Below, one piece after another: positions 50,566 to 64,000 of a stretch of 64,000 nucleotides of DNA. This stretch comes from Octopus vulgaris (Eukaryota). Where the stretch lies: the NCBI GenBank assembly GCA_951406725.2, contig OX597825.1:30504001-30568000 (forward strand), written 5' to 3'. The notes under the pieces are model-generated. The model was not told the DNA's origin, searched no databases, and saw only the letters and a list, made by a program, of their open reading frames with translations. The stretch's first letter is position 1; every line of letters begins with the position of its first letter. The translations under genes were made by a program, and so were the position numbers.

Positions 50566-52254
50566 ATTATTTCTTACCAAAGTAACAATTTACCGAGTAT
50601 AGTAAATTCAACTAACTGGAGTTCATCCACATTCAATGAAGTTAGCCAGCATTATTAACTATTAAGAGCAAACATGATACCTACTAGGGTTATATATCCC
50701 TCTTAAACATTTTTGGAAATTTGCTTTTATATATATATATATATATATGCATACTGAATGATTAAGTAAACAATCAATAAGTTAATTGGTTAATTAGTTG
50801 ACTAATAATAACAAAAGAAGAGAAATTGAACTAATGTGAGAGTACATTATTGGTATAACGACTCTCACAAGATACAACAAGATCCATTTCAACATATCAT
50901 CTTGCATCAAGAATCTCGCAAACCAAATACAAAAATGGAAACATTAAATTATAGGAGATTTTGAGAAAGTGGTATAATTCTATATTTATGTTTCTGAAAT
51001 TATGGTTAATATAATTTGATAAAAACATAGTCATTTCAATTATTTTAATTGACGAATAAAATTTAGATCTAATCTAGGCACCGTTCTTCATGTAATAGAA
51101 CCGAAGTTATAGCAAATTCTTATAGAATCAGTTATCAGTTAATGCATGTGAAGAGATCAAACAAGAAGAATGATGAAAATGATAATGAATCAAATCTTTA
51201 TTCAATCTGCTTTGTATTTTAAAAATCTATTGTATACCAAAAATATATATGCTCTATAACTATAACTTACTCATTAATTAATGCTTACTAATTAATGTCT
51301 ACTTTGACAAGATTGATTAGCAAATGCATTAATTACAAAGTATAGCATTGCTATAGCAACAAGTCTATTCCTATCAGGAAACATAGTACAACGAAAATGT
51401 CTTTAAGAAAACATAACATTATATTCCTCTAAAATACTGTGATGTTGTTATGTGAATCTCTATACCTGCAGATTTAAGCATAACCATAAGTACATGTGTT
51501 TGTATACATGTATGTGTGTGTACATGTGTGTGTGTTTGTGTGCATGTGTGTGTGAATCTAACTGTGCTTGTATCAAGTTCAGTCCTACCAAGGTCTGCCT
51601 TTCATCCTTTTAGCATCAATAAAAATGTGTGAAGGGTGTCAAACCAGATACCTTCTGGTATTTGTTCCAAGTGCTTGTTTTCTGTGATCAAATCCCATTA
51701 AAGCCTAGTCCTGATACTTAAAACAACTCTATTGTTGAAAACCTGCAAAACTGTAATGTTCATCTCAAGAAAGCATCTCTTTTAGACATATAGTGTTAAA
51801 AAAAAGCTATAGTTGTTTATCTGCTGCTTATATATTTCTGAGTCTTTTAGCACTATATGGCTAAAATGGATGCTTTCCTGAGATAAATAGCACATTGTAG
51901 CAGACTTTCAAAAATTTGGCTGCTTTAAGTATGATATACAGATTACTATTTTGAACTAACACTGTTTCCATCACCAACAACAAACTTTTATTCAGCCTAC
52001 CAGCAATATGTGACATCAGAGACTTTTCACTCAGTGTTTTGTTCTATCAGTTAACAGCCAACTTTTGCTTAGCATGTGATGCCAGTGGATACTTGCAACA
52101 GATGTTGCAAGATGTTTTTTGCCTACTGATGGTATATTTCTGTGTTTTTAACACTATATATGTACAAGGAATATTTTCTCAACATGAATGCTACAATTTA
52201 GCAGGCTTTCAACAATATGTCTGCTTTATGATATACATACATACAAACACATGC

Positions 52255-52255
<1 letters not shown>

Positions 52256-52347
<92 letters not shown>
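52256..52347. repeat. (GATA)n microsatellite
   Basis: Pure TAGA run. Confidence 0.97.
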
Positions 52348-52348
<1 letters not shown>

Positions 52349-53254
52349 CCCTTGCAGTTTTACCACATGAACTGAATATGCTTTGATAAAATGTTCTATT
52401 AAATCCAACGTAAGTCTGTTGACTTTACTGGTTGACTAAAAGGACTAGAAGCATTTTCATCAGCATTTATTATGTTTTCCAAAAATTTCAATTATCTGAC
52501 CTTATTAGAGTTATCTTGCTTGTTGACTTTAGATTTTAAACTCTCCCAGAGGGAGGGTCTGTCTGTTAATTGCATGGATGATCATAGTTAATTAAAAATT
52601 TTCAACTCACTATATTACATATGTGAGACCTTATTACATTTATATATATTATACATTGTTTATGTATTATATCTAAGTATATATAATAATCTGTATTATT
52701 TTGGCATGGAAACCAGAGCACAAGAAGAGGATGTTTATTATTTAGTAAAGACAATCTGTGAGAAGATTGTGTGATTGGCTACTTTACCAATTCCACTTTC
52801 CATTCCTCTTTTTATTATTATTTTTTTTAGATAATTAGTTAATTACAACAAATAATTTCCAACAGAAAAGCCATATGCACCCTAAGGGAAGAGACACCAG
52901 GTAGTTATAAAGTGTTCTTTTAATGTCACATAATATACCTTTGTTACCCTTTCGAAACATTTGTAGTGCTTGACTACTTCTGTGATTCCTTTCATTTACA
53001 GATTTAATTATTGCATAATAAGCAACATCAATCACATGTCATCAGAATTTCCTTTCTAATTTTAAAATGGAACAGAGTGTGTTTGATCCATTAATTAAGA
53101 ATCTTTAGCGATCAATTATCTTTTCATTTGTGTTTTCTATACAAGCCTTGTTTATGCTAGATGCTAATCATCTGCTTTTACCATGACTGATTAATTCCTA
53201 CATTATTATTATCTATTTTGACTCAGGTTCAATCTTATTCTTGATAGGATTTAT

Positions 53255-54290
<1,036 letters not shown>

Positions 54291-55799
54291 ACGTTTTTTT
54301 TTTTTTATCATGCCCCATGCTCCATGGTATTGTTTTTACCTTCGTGCCCACATTTTGAATAGGCAAAACTTTCATCACAACACTATATTTCTTATTTCTA
54401 TGTAAATAAGCTTTTTCAAAATATTCATTGAGAAATGTTGCACCTTAAGCAAAATTGAAATTCAATATTCTTTTAAAATTGCTTATTTTCAGGTAACTAT
54501 TCTTATTTATGTTTAAATAAGTTGTCACATATTTATTCAATATGGATCATTTAAATGCTTTTAAAACTGTTTTAAAAGACTTTAGAAAATACCAATGTGT
54601 CAGGATTCTAAAGAGTTAATACCAGTAATCTTGGAATAAATTCATCCAGAATTCACCATCCAATGAAATATTAACGAATAAAAAGAGAAAATATAGCAAA
54701 ATTTGCTCGAATGTGGTTTTCGTTTAATATAACCTTTCTATGAGAGAAAATCAAATGGCTAATTATAATGTTCAAAACATCATTTATCTTCCAGAAATAA
54801 AGAATTATTTTAGTTGACTTATTTACCAATATTCACACCTCATAGCTTATCTATTACTGGTAAGGTCACATTATGAATAAAAACTAAAGTGTCATTCTGT
54901 AAAGGAATCATTAGATTGCCAAATATTCCTGGTTTTTATTGTGGCTGTGTGCAAAATACTTTTCTGTAGCTTACACGAATGATTTATTATAGCAGATAAA
55001 CCATTTAAGCAATATTTGGTGTATGTTTCTAAAAAAGATAGATGTTTATCTTTCAATGATACTATTAGCTAGATGTAATCGATGAAACCAATTTGAAATT
55101 TCCCTCAGAATTTCTATTTCGAACACATATTGGAAATATTACTTCCATTAATCTAAAAAAAAAAAAAATAATAATAATAAATGATAAATTTAAATTGAGT
55201 TGTCTTTCCATCATCCTCATCATTGTTGTCATCATCATCATTATCGCCATCATCATTATCATCATCATCATTCTTGTAGCCATCATCATTCTTGTAGCCA
55301 TCATCATTATATCTTCTGCCTTTCTATGGTTGCTTGAGTCAGATGAATTTTTTTGCTGTAGATTTTCTACATCCAGATGTCCTTTGTGACATGCTGTCAA
55401 CCCTTGTTTCCCAGCAAAGCAATAATTCCCCAAGTCTTTCAAACACAAATTGCACAAAGGCAAGACATGTTTCTATGGAAAACTGCAAATGAATGTCACC
55501 ACTTGTTTCACTGCGGTGTTTGCTTATAACTATTACAAGATACTAAGGAGACATGAACACACACACACATACAAATTTCTTTCAACTAAATTCACAGATA
55601 GAGAGTAGCTCTGTAAAAGATCATGCACATTGCCTTCCCTTGTGATGATAAAAATGAAAATTCTTTGTCCTTTAGCCGTTTTACTTATACTGAGGTCAAA
55701 CGGCTGTGAGACTACATTGCTGTATTAATAGGTTGTATTAAATACACCACAAAAGTTTACAATTGTATCCCAAAGCAAAGACCATAGTTCTATAATTTT

Positions 55800-56028
55800 T
55801 TTTTATTGCCCACAAGGGGCTAAACATAGAGGAGACAAACAAGGACAGACAAACAGATTAAGTTGATTATATCGACCCTAGTGCATAACTGGTACTTATT
55901 TAATCGACTCCAAAAGGATGAAAGGCAAAGTCGACCGTGGTGGCATTTGAACTCAGAACGTGAAGACAGACAAAATACTGCTAAGCATTTTGCCCGGCAT
56001 GCTAATGTTTTTGCAAGCTCGCCGCCTT
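55800..56028 (-). mobile_element. Full-length SINE C
   Basis: Reverse complement begins ggcggcgagcttgcaaaaac and ends agccccttgtgggcaataaa. Confidence 0.93.
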
Positions 56029-57384
56029 CATAAGTTCATAGTTATATAAATTCTGTTAATCAATTTAGCAGGTTCAGTAACTACACCAAAGCTCACTCAT
56101 TGGTTCGAGTGCTTTGGTTGTTAGTTTGTTCTACATCTGTTTTTCATGTCTGCATGGGTTAGAGGCACATACTATTGGGACATTGGTTGACAACAGGATG
56201 CCTTTCAAGTCACTTGCCATTGCCTGTTTTCTCTGTAAGGAATCTCTTAGTTAACACAACTTTGAAGCTGAAGGCACAAAGCAAGTCATTGATTTGTTGT
56301 CAGGAGAATAGATGACAACAACAACATCAACAATACAGTTCATGCATCACAAATTTTCATGGAAACAAGCAAGGTGTTAGCTCTCACAAACACGCACACA
56401 CATGCACGCATATGCACGTATCTGCACGCACACACACACACACATATGTCTTTGATGGTCTTTCTATTTTCCATCTACCAAATCCACTCCCAAATCTTTG
56501 TTGATCCAGGATTATTGTACCACACACATGCCCAAGATGCTGTGCAGTGGAACTGAACCGAAAACCACATGACTGAGAAGTGGAGGAATATATTAAAAGT
56601 GTTTCAGCTACCACATTTTATTGGTATGGTTCCATTCAAACTTTGTAATTCAATGGTGAATGCCATCAAAAGAATCCAATTAGTAATATTCTTCTCCAAT
56701 AATACATGAATGTCTAAATTTTCAAAGTTCAACTTATATGCACTCACAAGGCATTAGTCTGCTTGGGGCTATAGTAGAAGGTACTTGGCCAAATTGAACA
56801 CAAAACTACATGGTTACAAAGCAAGCCTCTTACCCACACAGCCATACTTGCATCTGCATGCATGTGTATATTTGGAATTGGCTAACAAACTCTCAACTAA
56901 GGTTAAAATATTTTATATTTCATATGTAAAACCAAATCTATTAATTCTCAGTATATTTCCGCATTCTGAAGTTTTATTTTTGTTCACGACAGTCATATAG
57001 ATATTATTCATACAGCAATAATTGAATATGTATTGTGAAATTTATAAAATTTAGTTACATAGAATTAAACTATTTTTGTCTATATGCAACAGCGACTTTT
57101 CCTGATATAGTAAATGACAATGGATTTTGATAGAATCCATATGGAATTCTAAGGAAACTTCACACAATATGTAAAATATTAGAAATTTGAATAATTCCTA
57201 GAGAATATAATAGAGAATGCTGCATTAATTAGTAATTGTATTGTAAATATGATAAATTCCTAGGAAAATAACTTCTGTTAGTTGAAGAGAACTATGATGA
57301 AAAGCATTGGTATATGACTAATATATTACAGTGAATGATCATAATTGTTCTGTTGCATCTAAAAAAATAAAGAAACAGAGAAAG

Positions 57385-57530
57385 GATATGGCTGTGTGGT
57401 GAGATATTTCCTTCCTAACCAGATGGTTTCAGGTTCAATCCCACTGCATAGCACCTTAGGCAAATGCCATTTGCTATAGCTCTGGGCTAACCAAAGTAGA
57501 ATTAGAAGATGGAAACTGAAAGAAGTCTGT
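57385..57530 (+). mobile_element. SINE A 5' half
   Basis: tggctgtgtggtgag...ggttcaatcccactgcatagcaccttaggcaaatg...ggaaactgaaagaag. Confidence 0.82.
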
Positions 57531-57532
57531 TC

Positions 57533-57601
<69 letters not shown>

Positions 57602-58150
57602 TTCATAAATGAGGGTGAAAAATTAGATATTAATTTAATAATACCGTCAGTTTAACACCAAGTGACCTAGCACATAGAAACCAGGAGACAGTACGAATTT
57701 ATACATAAATATAAGAGAGTTAACGTTAAGTGGCTAACTCTAGTGCTAGAAATAGCTCCTTATTCTGGTATAGCCACCGAAGATTGTTTCCACAGAAGAA
57801 ATAACATTACCTTCAACGTAAGGGAAGTGAAATACAACTAAAAGATAGATGTGAGTATAATTGCATATTATGTTGATAAAGAAACAATTGTTCAGTATTA
57901 ATCTATCTTTTCATTGTATTTCACTTCCCTTACGTTGAAGGTAATGTTATTTCTTTTGTTGAAACAATCTTTGGTGGCTATACCAGAATAAGGAGCTTTA
58001 TCTATCACTAGAGTTAGCCACTTAGCATTAACTCTCTTATATTTATGTATAAATTTGTACTGTCTCCCTGGTTTCTATGTGCTAGGCCACTTGGTGTTAA
58101 ACTGACGGTATTATTAAATTAATATCTAATTTTTCACCCTCATTTATGAA
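57602..58150. repeat. Large foldback: ~250-bp arms, 50-bp loop
   Basis: 57602-57850 is the reverse complement of 57901-58150 with scattered mismatches. Confidence 0.96.
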
Positions 58151-58777
58151 TTTATAAAATAAGTATGCTGCAGCAAATATTGTATGTGGTATTCCTCTTT
58201 CATTAATTAGTTGCTGTACAAGAGGTAGATATCTAAACAACAATTAAAAAACAAGGTCTAATTATTTTTGTACTCATTTAGTATCTCGCTCATTTACTGA
58301 GTTGAATCATTGGATTGTGGCAAGCTGGAGCAACACCGTTAAGGGCTTAGCTAATTATATCATAGTGTTTATTTTATTGCACTCTAATTTGTCAAATTCT
58401 AAATTAAGATTTACATTAAAACCCAATAAGTGTAATGTAACAAACAAGTATTTATCCCTAACCAATGAGATGCTATTAAAATAAAGTAAAAAGTATTTTT
58501 TCATTAAAATAAGTAGGATGGAGAAAATGAGAAATAAATTGATATGAGCATCATATTGTTAGTGTGAAAGTGAAAGGAGCGGAAAATAGAATTTAATACA
58601 CATATGGAAATCATGATTAAATGTATTGCAATTTTCTCACATATATAAACATATATATATCTGTGTGTGTATGTGTGTATATACATATATATATATGTAT
58701 GTATATACATATACATGTATATATATACATATACATACATACATATATATACATATATATATGTATATATATATATG

Positions 58778-58833
<56 letters not shown>

Positions 58834-58849
58834 TACATACATACATATA

Positions 58850-58880
<31 letters not shown>

Positions 58881-59498
58881 ATACATATATACATATGTAT
58901 GTATATATATATGTGTGTGTGTCTGTGTGTGTATATGTATATATATATATATGTATATGTATATAAATATTATTATTATCAATGTTATTTGATAGAATTG
59001 CGACACTCATAAATGTATGCATGTGCATATGTGTGTGTGTTTGTGCATGTGTGTATGTGTGTGTGCATGCATATACATGCCTCAATTCTAACTACCAAAT
59101 TATATAAACCCTATAGCTACAGAATGTCAAAATATTTCTGCATGAATGAGGACTTGACAACCAGATAGCTGTGGCCACTAAATCAGATTCTCTCTCCCAA
59201 AGCAGTTCTTAAATAAATAAATTTTCCAGTATTTTTCCTCTTAATTAGAATGATGGATTTTCGATTAAATCTAGTTTAGGGAAACAGCAATTTTTAAACC
59301 AGTTTAAATTGTTTTGTGGAGTTCTTTTAGTAAAATTTGAAGAATTTATGAAAAATGTTTAAAGTAAGCTATTTCTAATTGCCACAGTCAAATTCAAAAG
59401 ATGCTCCTGTTGATGGAGAGGTTAAATTGGAGAATATAAAAAAAAGCATTCTTATTACAAGATAGTCAACGTCTAGCAGTGATTTGAAACATATGTCA

Positions 59499-59577
<79 letters not shown>

Positions 59578-59580
<3 letters not shown>

Positions 59581-59775
59581 TTTATTTGTTTTAGTCATTT
59601 GACTGCAGCCATGCAGGAGCACCACCTTTAGTCGAACAAATCAACTCCACGACTTATTCTTTGTAAGCCCTAGTACTTATTCTATCGGTCTCTTTTCCCA
59701 GACCACTAAGTAACAGGAACATAAGAACACCACTCTCAGTTGTCAAGCAATGGTGGGGGAACAAACACAGACACA
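59578..59775 (-). mobile_element. SINE A 3' half
   Basis: agtcatttgactgcagccatgc...gttgtcaagcaatgg...acaaacacagacac. Confidence 0.9.
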
Positions 59776-59798
59776 CAAACATATACGAATATATGAGG

Positions 59799-59856
<58 letters not shown>

Positions 59857-59860
<4 letters not shown>

Positions 59861-60045
59861 AAGTTGTATGATACTGCATGAGTAGAAATATATATGAAAG
59901 GAGGTTTGAAAATTGTGTTTTCAAATTGCATTTTCAAAAGCCTTTTTTCATATAAATATATATATGAAAAAAGGTTTTTGAAAATGCAATTTTCAAACCT
60001 TCTTTCATATATATTTCTACTCATGCAATATCATACAACTTTACT
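59857..60045. repeat. Hairpin (~85-95 bp arms) between (TA)n arrays
   Basis: agtaaagttgtatgata...ttttcaaaagccttttttcata pairs with tatgaaaaaaggtttttgaaaa...tatcatacaactttact. Confidence 0.92.
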
Positions 60046-60046
60046 T

Positions 60047-60100
<54 letters not shown>

Positions 60101-60150
60101 TTTTTGGATTTGGGTTGCAAGATTCCTTATGTGAGTTTGTGTGTTGAAAC

Positions 60151-60396
60151 ATATTCTGTTGTATCTGGGGAGAGTCATTCTTTTTAGTGCCTTATAATTT
60201 AACATACTCACCAGTAAAATTTCCACTTATTTCATTACATCTTGCAACATTTTCAATAGTTTTGAATCTATTGGAAAGTTTGCAAGATGCAACGAAAATT
60301 TTAGAAAAATAAAAATAAGAATTAAGTGGAAATTTTACCAATGAGTGTGTTAAATTATAAGGCATCAAAAGAGAATGACTCTCCCCAGACACAACA

Positions 60397-60402
<6 letters not shown>
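60151..60402. repeat. Hairpin (~80-bp arms) with a nested inner hairpin
   Basis: 60151-60229 pairs with 60323-60402; inner catcttgcaa...ttgcaagatg at 60238-60289. Confidence 0.9.
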
Positions 60403-60469
<67 letters not shown>

Positions 60470-60599
60470 CATACATATATATATATATAAAATAAATATG
60501 TATTTGATGTGTGTATGTACATGCATGTATATATATATATATATATATATTTATGAGTGTATGTATATGTATATATATCTATATCTATCTATCTATCTA

Positions 60600-60653
<54 letters not shown>

Positions 60654-61309
60654 GTTAACAGGTGAGATCCAGGGATGCTCAATCAAAAGTAGTAGTGCAC
60701 AAATGATTTGAACTTAAACTCCAAAGTGTTTATTAAGAACCAAATCCACATTCAAAGAGTGGTTATAAGAGAAACCCAAGCTGTGTTTATCTACATCACT
60801 ATCTATCTATTGGTCTGTCTGTCTGTCTGTATATACATTTTCTTTGCATTGTGTGTGTGTGTGCCTCAATTCTAATTACTGAATTATATAAGACCTGTAA
60901 GTGCAGAATGCATGTTTTTTTGTTTTTTTAATTATAATTCACATGTGGAATGTATTAAAATGATTTACATGTAGAGCAAGTCACAATTTCATTAAGGTTT
61001 CATTGTTATATATATATTCCAATAATATGAGGATAAGAAAACTGGAAATATCCATAACTGGGAAGCAACAATTATTTCCTTAAAGTAATTATGATAAATT
61101 GATTGTTAAATCTATGGATTCCAAGAAGAATTTTAAAACACACTAAATTATTGCAATAATCAGTATAGAGTGAGAGGATATGTTCTTCAAATACCATCCA
61201 ATATTTAAATTAGACAAGCTCTAGATGTTATTATCATTTGTGCAATTATCATCAAAGTAATTGCCAAAAGTATGGAAACATCCACTCTTGTAGATGGATG
61301 TTAATATTG

Positions 61310-61515
61310 GTTTCGAATTTTGGCACAAGGCCAGCAATTTCAAGGAAGGGTGCAAGTTGATTACATTGACCCCAGTGCTTGACTGATATGTATTATATCA
61401 ACCCTGGAAAGGTGAAAGGCAAAATGGACCTTGATGGTATTTGAACTCAGAACAGACAAAATGTCACTAGGAATTTTGCCCAGTGTGCTACTGATTCTGC
61501 CATCTCGCCACCTTA
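61310..61515 (-). mobile_element. SINE C variant with alternative tail
   Basis: ggtttcgaattttggcacaaggccagcaattt...gaccccagtgct...tttgaactcagaac. Confidence 0.78.
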
Positions 61516-61547
61516 GATGGATATTAACATTGAAGTGTATTGTTGTA

Positions 61548-61800
61548 CGAGGGTGAGTCAAAAAGTTATGCCATTTTGTTTAAGACATGTATAATTACAG
61601 ACACAGGAACATGTATCATACATCAAAATGAAGTTGGTCCTCTGTGGATCACATCCCTACTTCTCAACATAGTCACCGTTTCTCTCAATAGCAATGTTCC
61701 ACCTTCGAATGAGAGCATGTATCCCTGCCCCGTAAAATTCTATTGATTGTTCTTTGAGCCACTTCTTCACTACAGTTTTCACTTCCTCATCACATGATAG
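61548..61800 (-). mobile_element. Mariner 3' fragment (one TIR + transposase C-terminus)
   Basis: TA-cgagggtgagtcaaaaagt; DEEVKTVVKKWLKEQSIEFYGAGIHALIRRWNIAIERNGDYVEK*. Confidence 0.9.
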
Positions 61801-61835
61801 CATGAAACCGTTAGTAGTTCTTTTGGGTGTGTATT

Positions 61836-61879
<44 letters not shown>

Positions 61880-62154
61880 TATACATACATATTGTTGCTA
61901 TTATGCAAAAATGTCATAGATCCAAAGCATTTCTTTTTTGGGAAGTGAAAAAATAGTATCACCATTCCATAGCAAAACCATTGTACTACTCTTTGACAAT
62001 TTTTGATATTTTGGCATCTGAAGCAATTGGAGATACTATAATTTGACCAAAAGAATTGGCTATTCCAAGCAAAAATAAATATTGGAAAAAACGTATTTGG
62101 CTATATTTGGACATACAAAGGTTTAACATAATAGCAACGATATATATATATGTT

Positions 62155-62372
62155 GTAGCTGTGTGGGGATAAGTTTGCTTCCCACCAACTTTGATTGAGG
62201 TTCAGTCCAACTATCTGGCACCTTGCCCAAGTATCTTCTACTGTAGCACTATAGCTTTGGGCTGCCCAAAGACTTATGATAGGACTTGGTAGACAGAAAC
62301 TGAAAGAAGCCCATCGTATATACATACATACATACATGCATACACACACACAGACGCACATATATATATATA

Positions 62373-62409
<37 letters not shown>

Positions 62410-62620
62410 TTGTGTCTGTGTTTGTCCTCCACCACCACTTGACAACTGGTGTTGGTGTGTTTACATCCCTGTAACTTAGTATCCAGTGAAAGATATCAAT
62501 AGAATAAATATCAGGCTTAAAGAATTATAAGTACTGGGGTTGCTTTGTCTGACTAAAATTCTTCTAGGCAATACCCCAGTGTGGCTACATTCTAATGACT
62601 GAAACAAGTAAAGGATAAAA
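62155..62620 (+). mobile_element. Degenerate full-length SINE A
   Basis: tggtagacagaaactgaaagaagccc, internal TA/TG repeat, gactgaaacaagtaaag tail. Confidence 0.87.
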
Positions 62621-62631
62621 TATATATATAC

Positions 62632-62686
<55 letters not shown>

Positions 62687-62837
62687 TATATATATATACA
62701 TGTATATATATGTGTGTATCCTTATTTGGGAGCCCTTAATTATATTTCTATATGAATAATATTTTGTCTAATGACTAATTCGTCTTTTGTGCTGGGCCAC
62801 TGGTAGTAATCTATGTTATTACCCTTTTTTGATTATA

Positions 62838-62955
<118 letters not shown>

Positions 62956-62964
62956 CATATATAC

Positions 62965-63011
<47 letters not shown>

Positions 63012-63965
63012 TATATACACACATATATATACATGTATATATATATATATATATATATGTATGCATGTATGTATGTATGTATGTATGTGTGCGTGCATAT
63101 GTATATGTGGTTTTAAAATCAGATTGTTTCAGCAGTTATTTCTTAAACTGAAGTTAAGAACACGAAAATCTGAATTGAAAAAAAGCAATTTTGTAAATTA
63201 GAAATTTAATTCAAATCCAAATCAAAGATGAAAAACAAAAACAAAAAACAAATACTGAAGTTTTAATCAATTCAAAATTGTTTCTTTTTCTTTCTTTTTT
63301 TTTTTGCTGTTTTAATTGGATTTGAATTTGAGGATTTTAAGTCAATTTTGGCTTACAGAAGAGAAGTGTTATCAATTTCAAATTTCAAATGGAAATAAAG
63401 AAAAAAAGAAAACAATTTGAATGAACCTTTGTATCTCTGAATTAATTTTAACTCCAATTAAAACAGATAATTCCATCCAAACAATTAACAAACTAATCTT
63501 ACGTTTCACCCATAAAAAAATATAAAAGACCACCGAATTTGATCATTTTTACCTAATGTTTGTATCAACATACTGCAGTGATAAGGAATGTGGTTAATCT
63601 TAACTGCTTATAACTGATGTAGCTGCTCACTGTGCATTTAAACTATGACTTTAATTGTACTTCATATCAGGGTCTTTGTCACAATTCACCAACAATTGTT
63701 TTGGTTTTTAACACGCAACAGGAAATCACCGATAACATTATCACCATCAAAATATTTCATAAAATGAGAAAGAAAAGAAAGAAAAATGAAAGAAGAAGAA
63801 AACCATTATGTGAAGTAGTTGAAAATCAGTTTGAATAAACCATGCTGATAAAACCAAGGTCAATCACATGACGCCACAAAAGCATCTTTTAAATGATTAC
63901 AGAGTTCAATAGGGTATTTCCAAAATAACAACAACAGCAACAACAACAACAACAACAACAATAAC

Positions 63966-63998
<33 letters not shown>

Positions 63999-64000
63999 CA

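Overview
AT-rich, microsatellite-dense eukaryotic non-coding DNA (intergenic or inside a very large intron). The repeat families look like those of an octopus/coleoid cephalopod; this is inferred from recall, not from a search. I find no credible host exon, tRNA/rRNA gene or CRISPR array. Nearly all ORF-track entries are translations of (TA)n, (CA)n, (TAA)n or (TATG)n. The window is a nested graveyard of mobile DNA: three tRNA-derived SINE groups (working names A, B, C), RTE, R4/Dong-like, Tx1/L1-like, CR1-like and HERO-like LINE fragments, a Ty3/Gypsy gag-protease remnant, a Helitron remnant, and mariner, pogo and piggyBac-type elements. Most interesting: (1) several minimal type I hammerhead-ribozyme motifs in short (TA)n-embedded elements, including a tandem ~200-230 bp family with a non-canonical CUG-U core; (2) a C4HC3 PHD finger inserted inside an RTE reverse transcriptase; (3) a strictly alternating 62-bp A/B array grown from an RTE 3' UTR; (4) a 2x2 head/tail shuffle among SINEs and a SINE tail shared with a Tx1-like LINE; (5) local templated insertions and many long foldback hairpins. 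Coordinates were read by eye; the ends of decayed elements are approximate.
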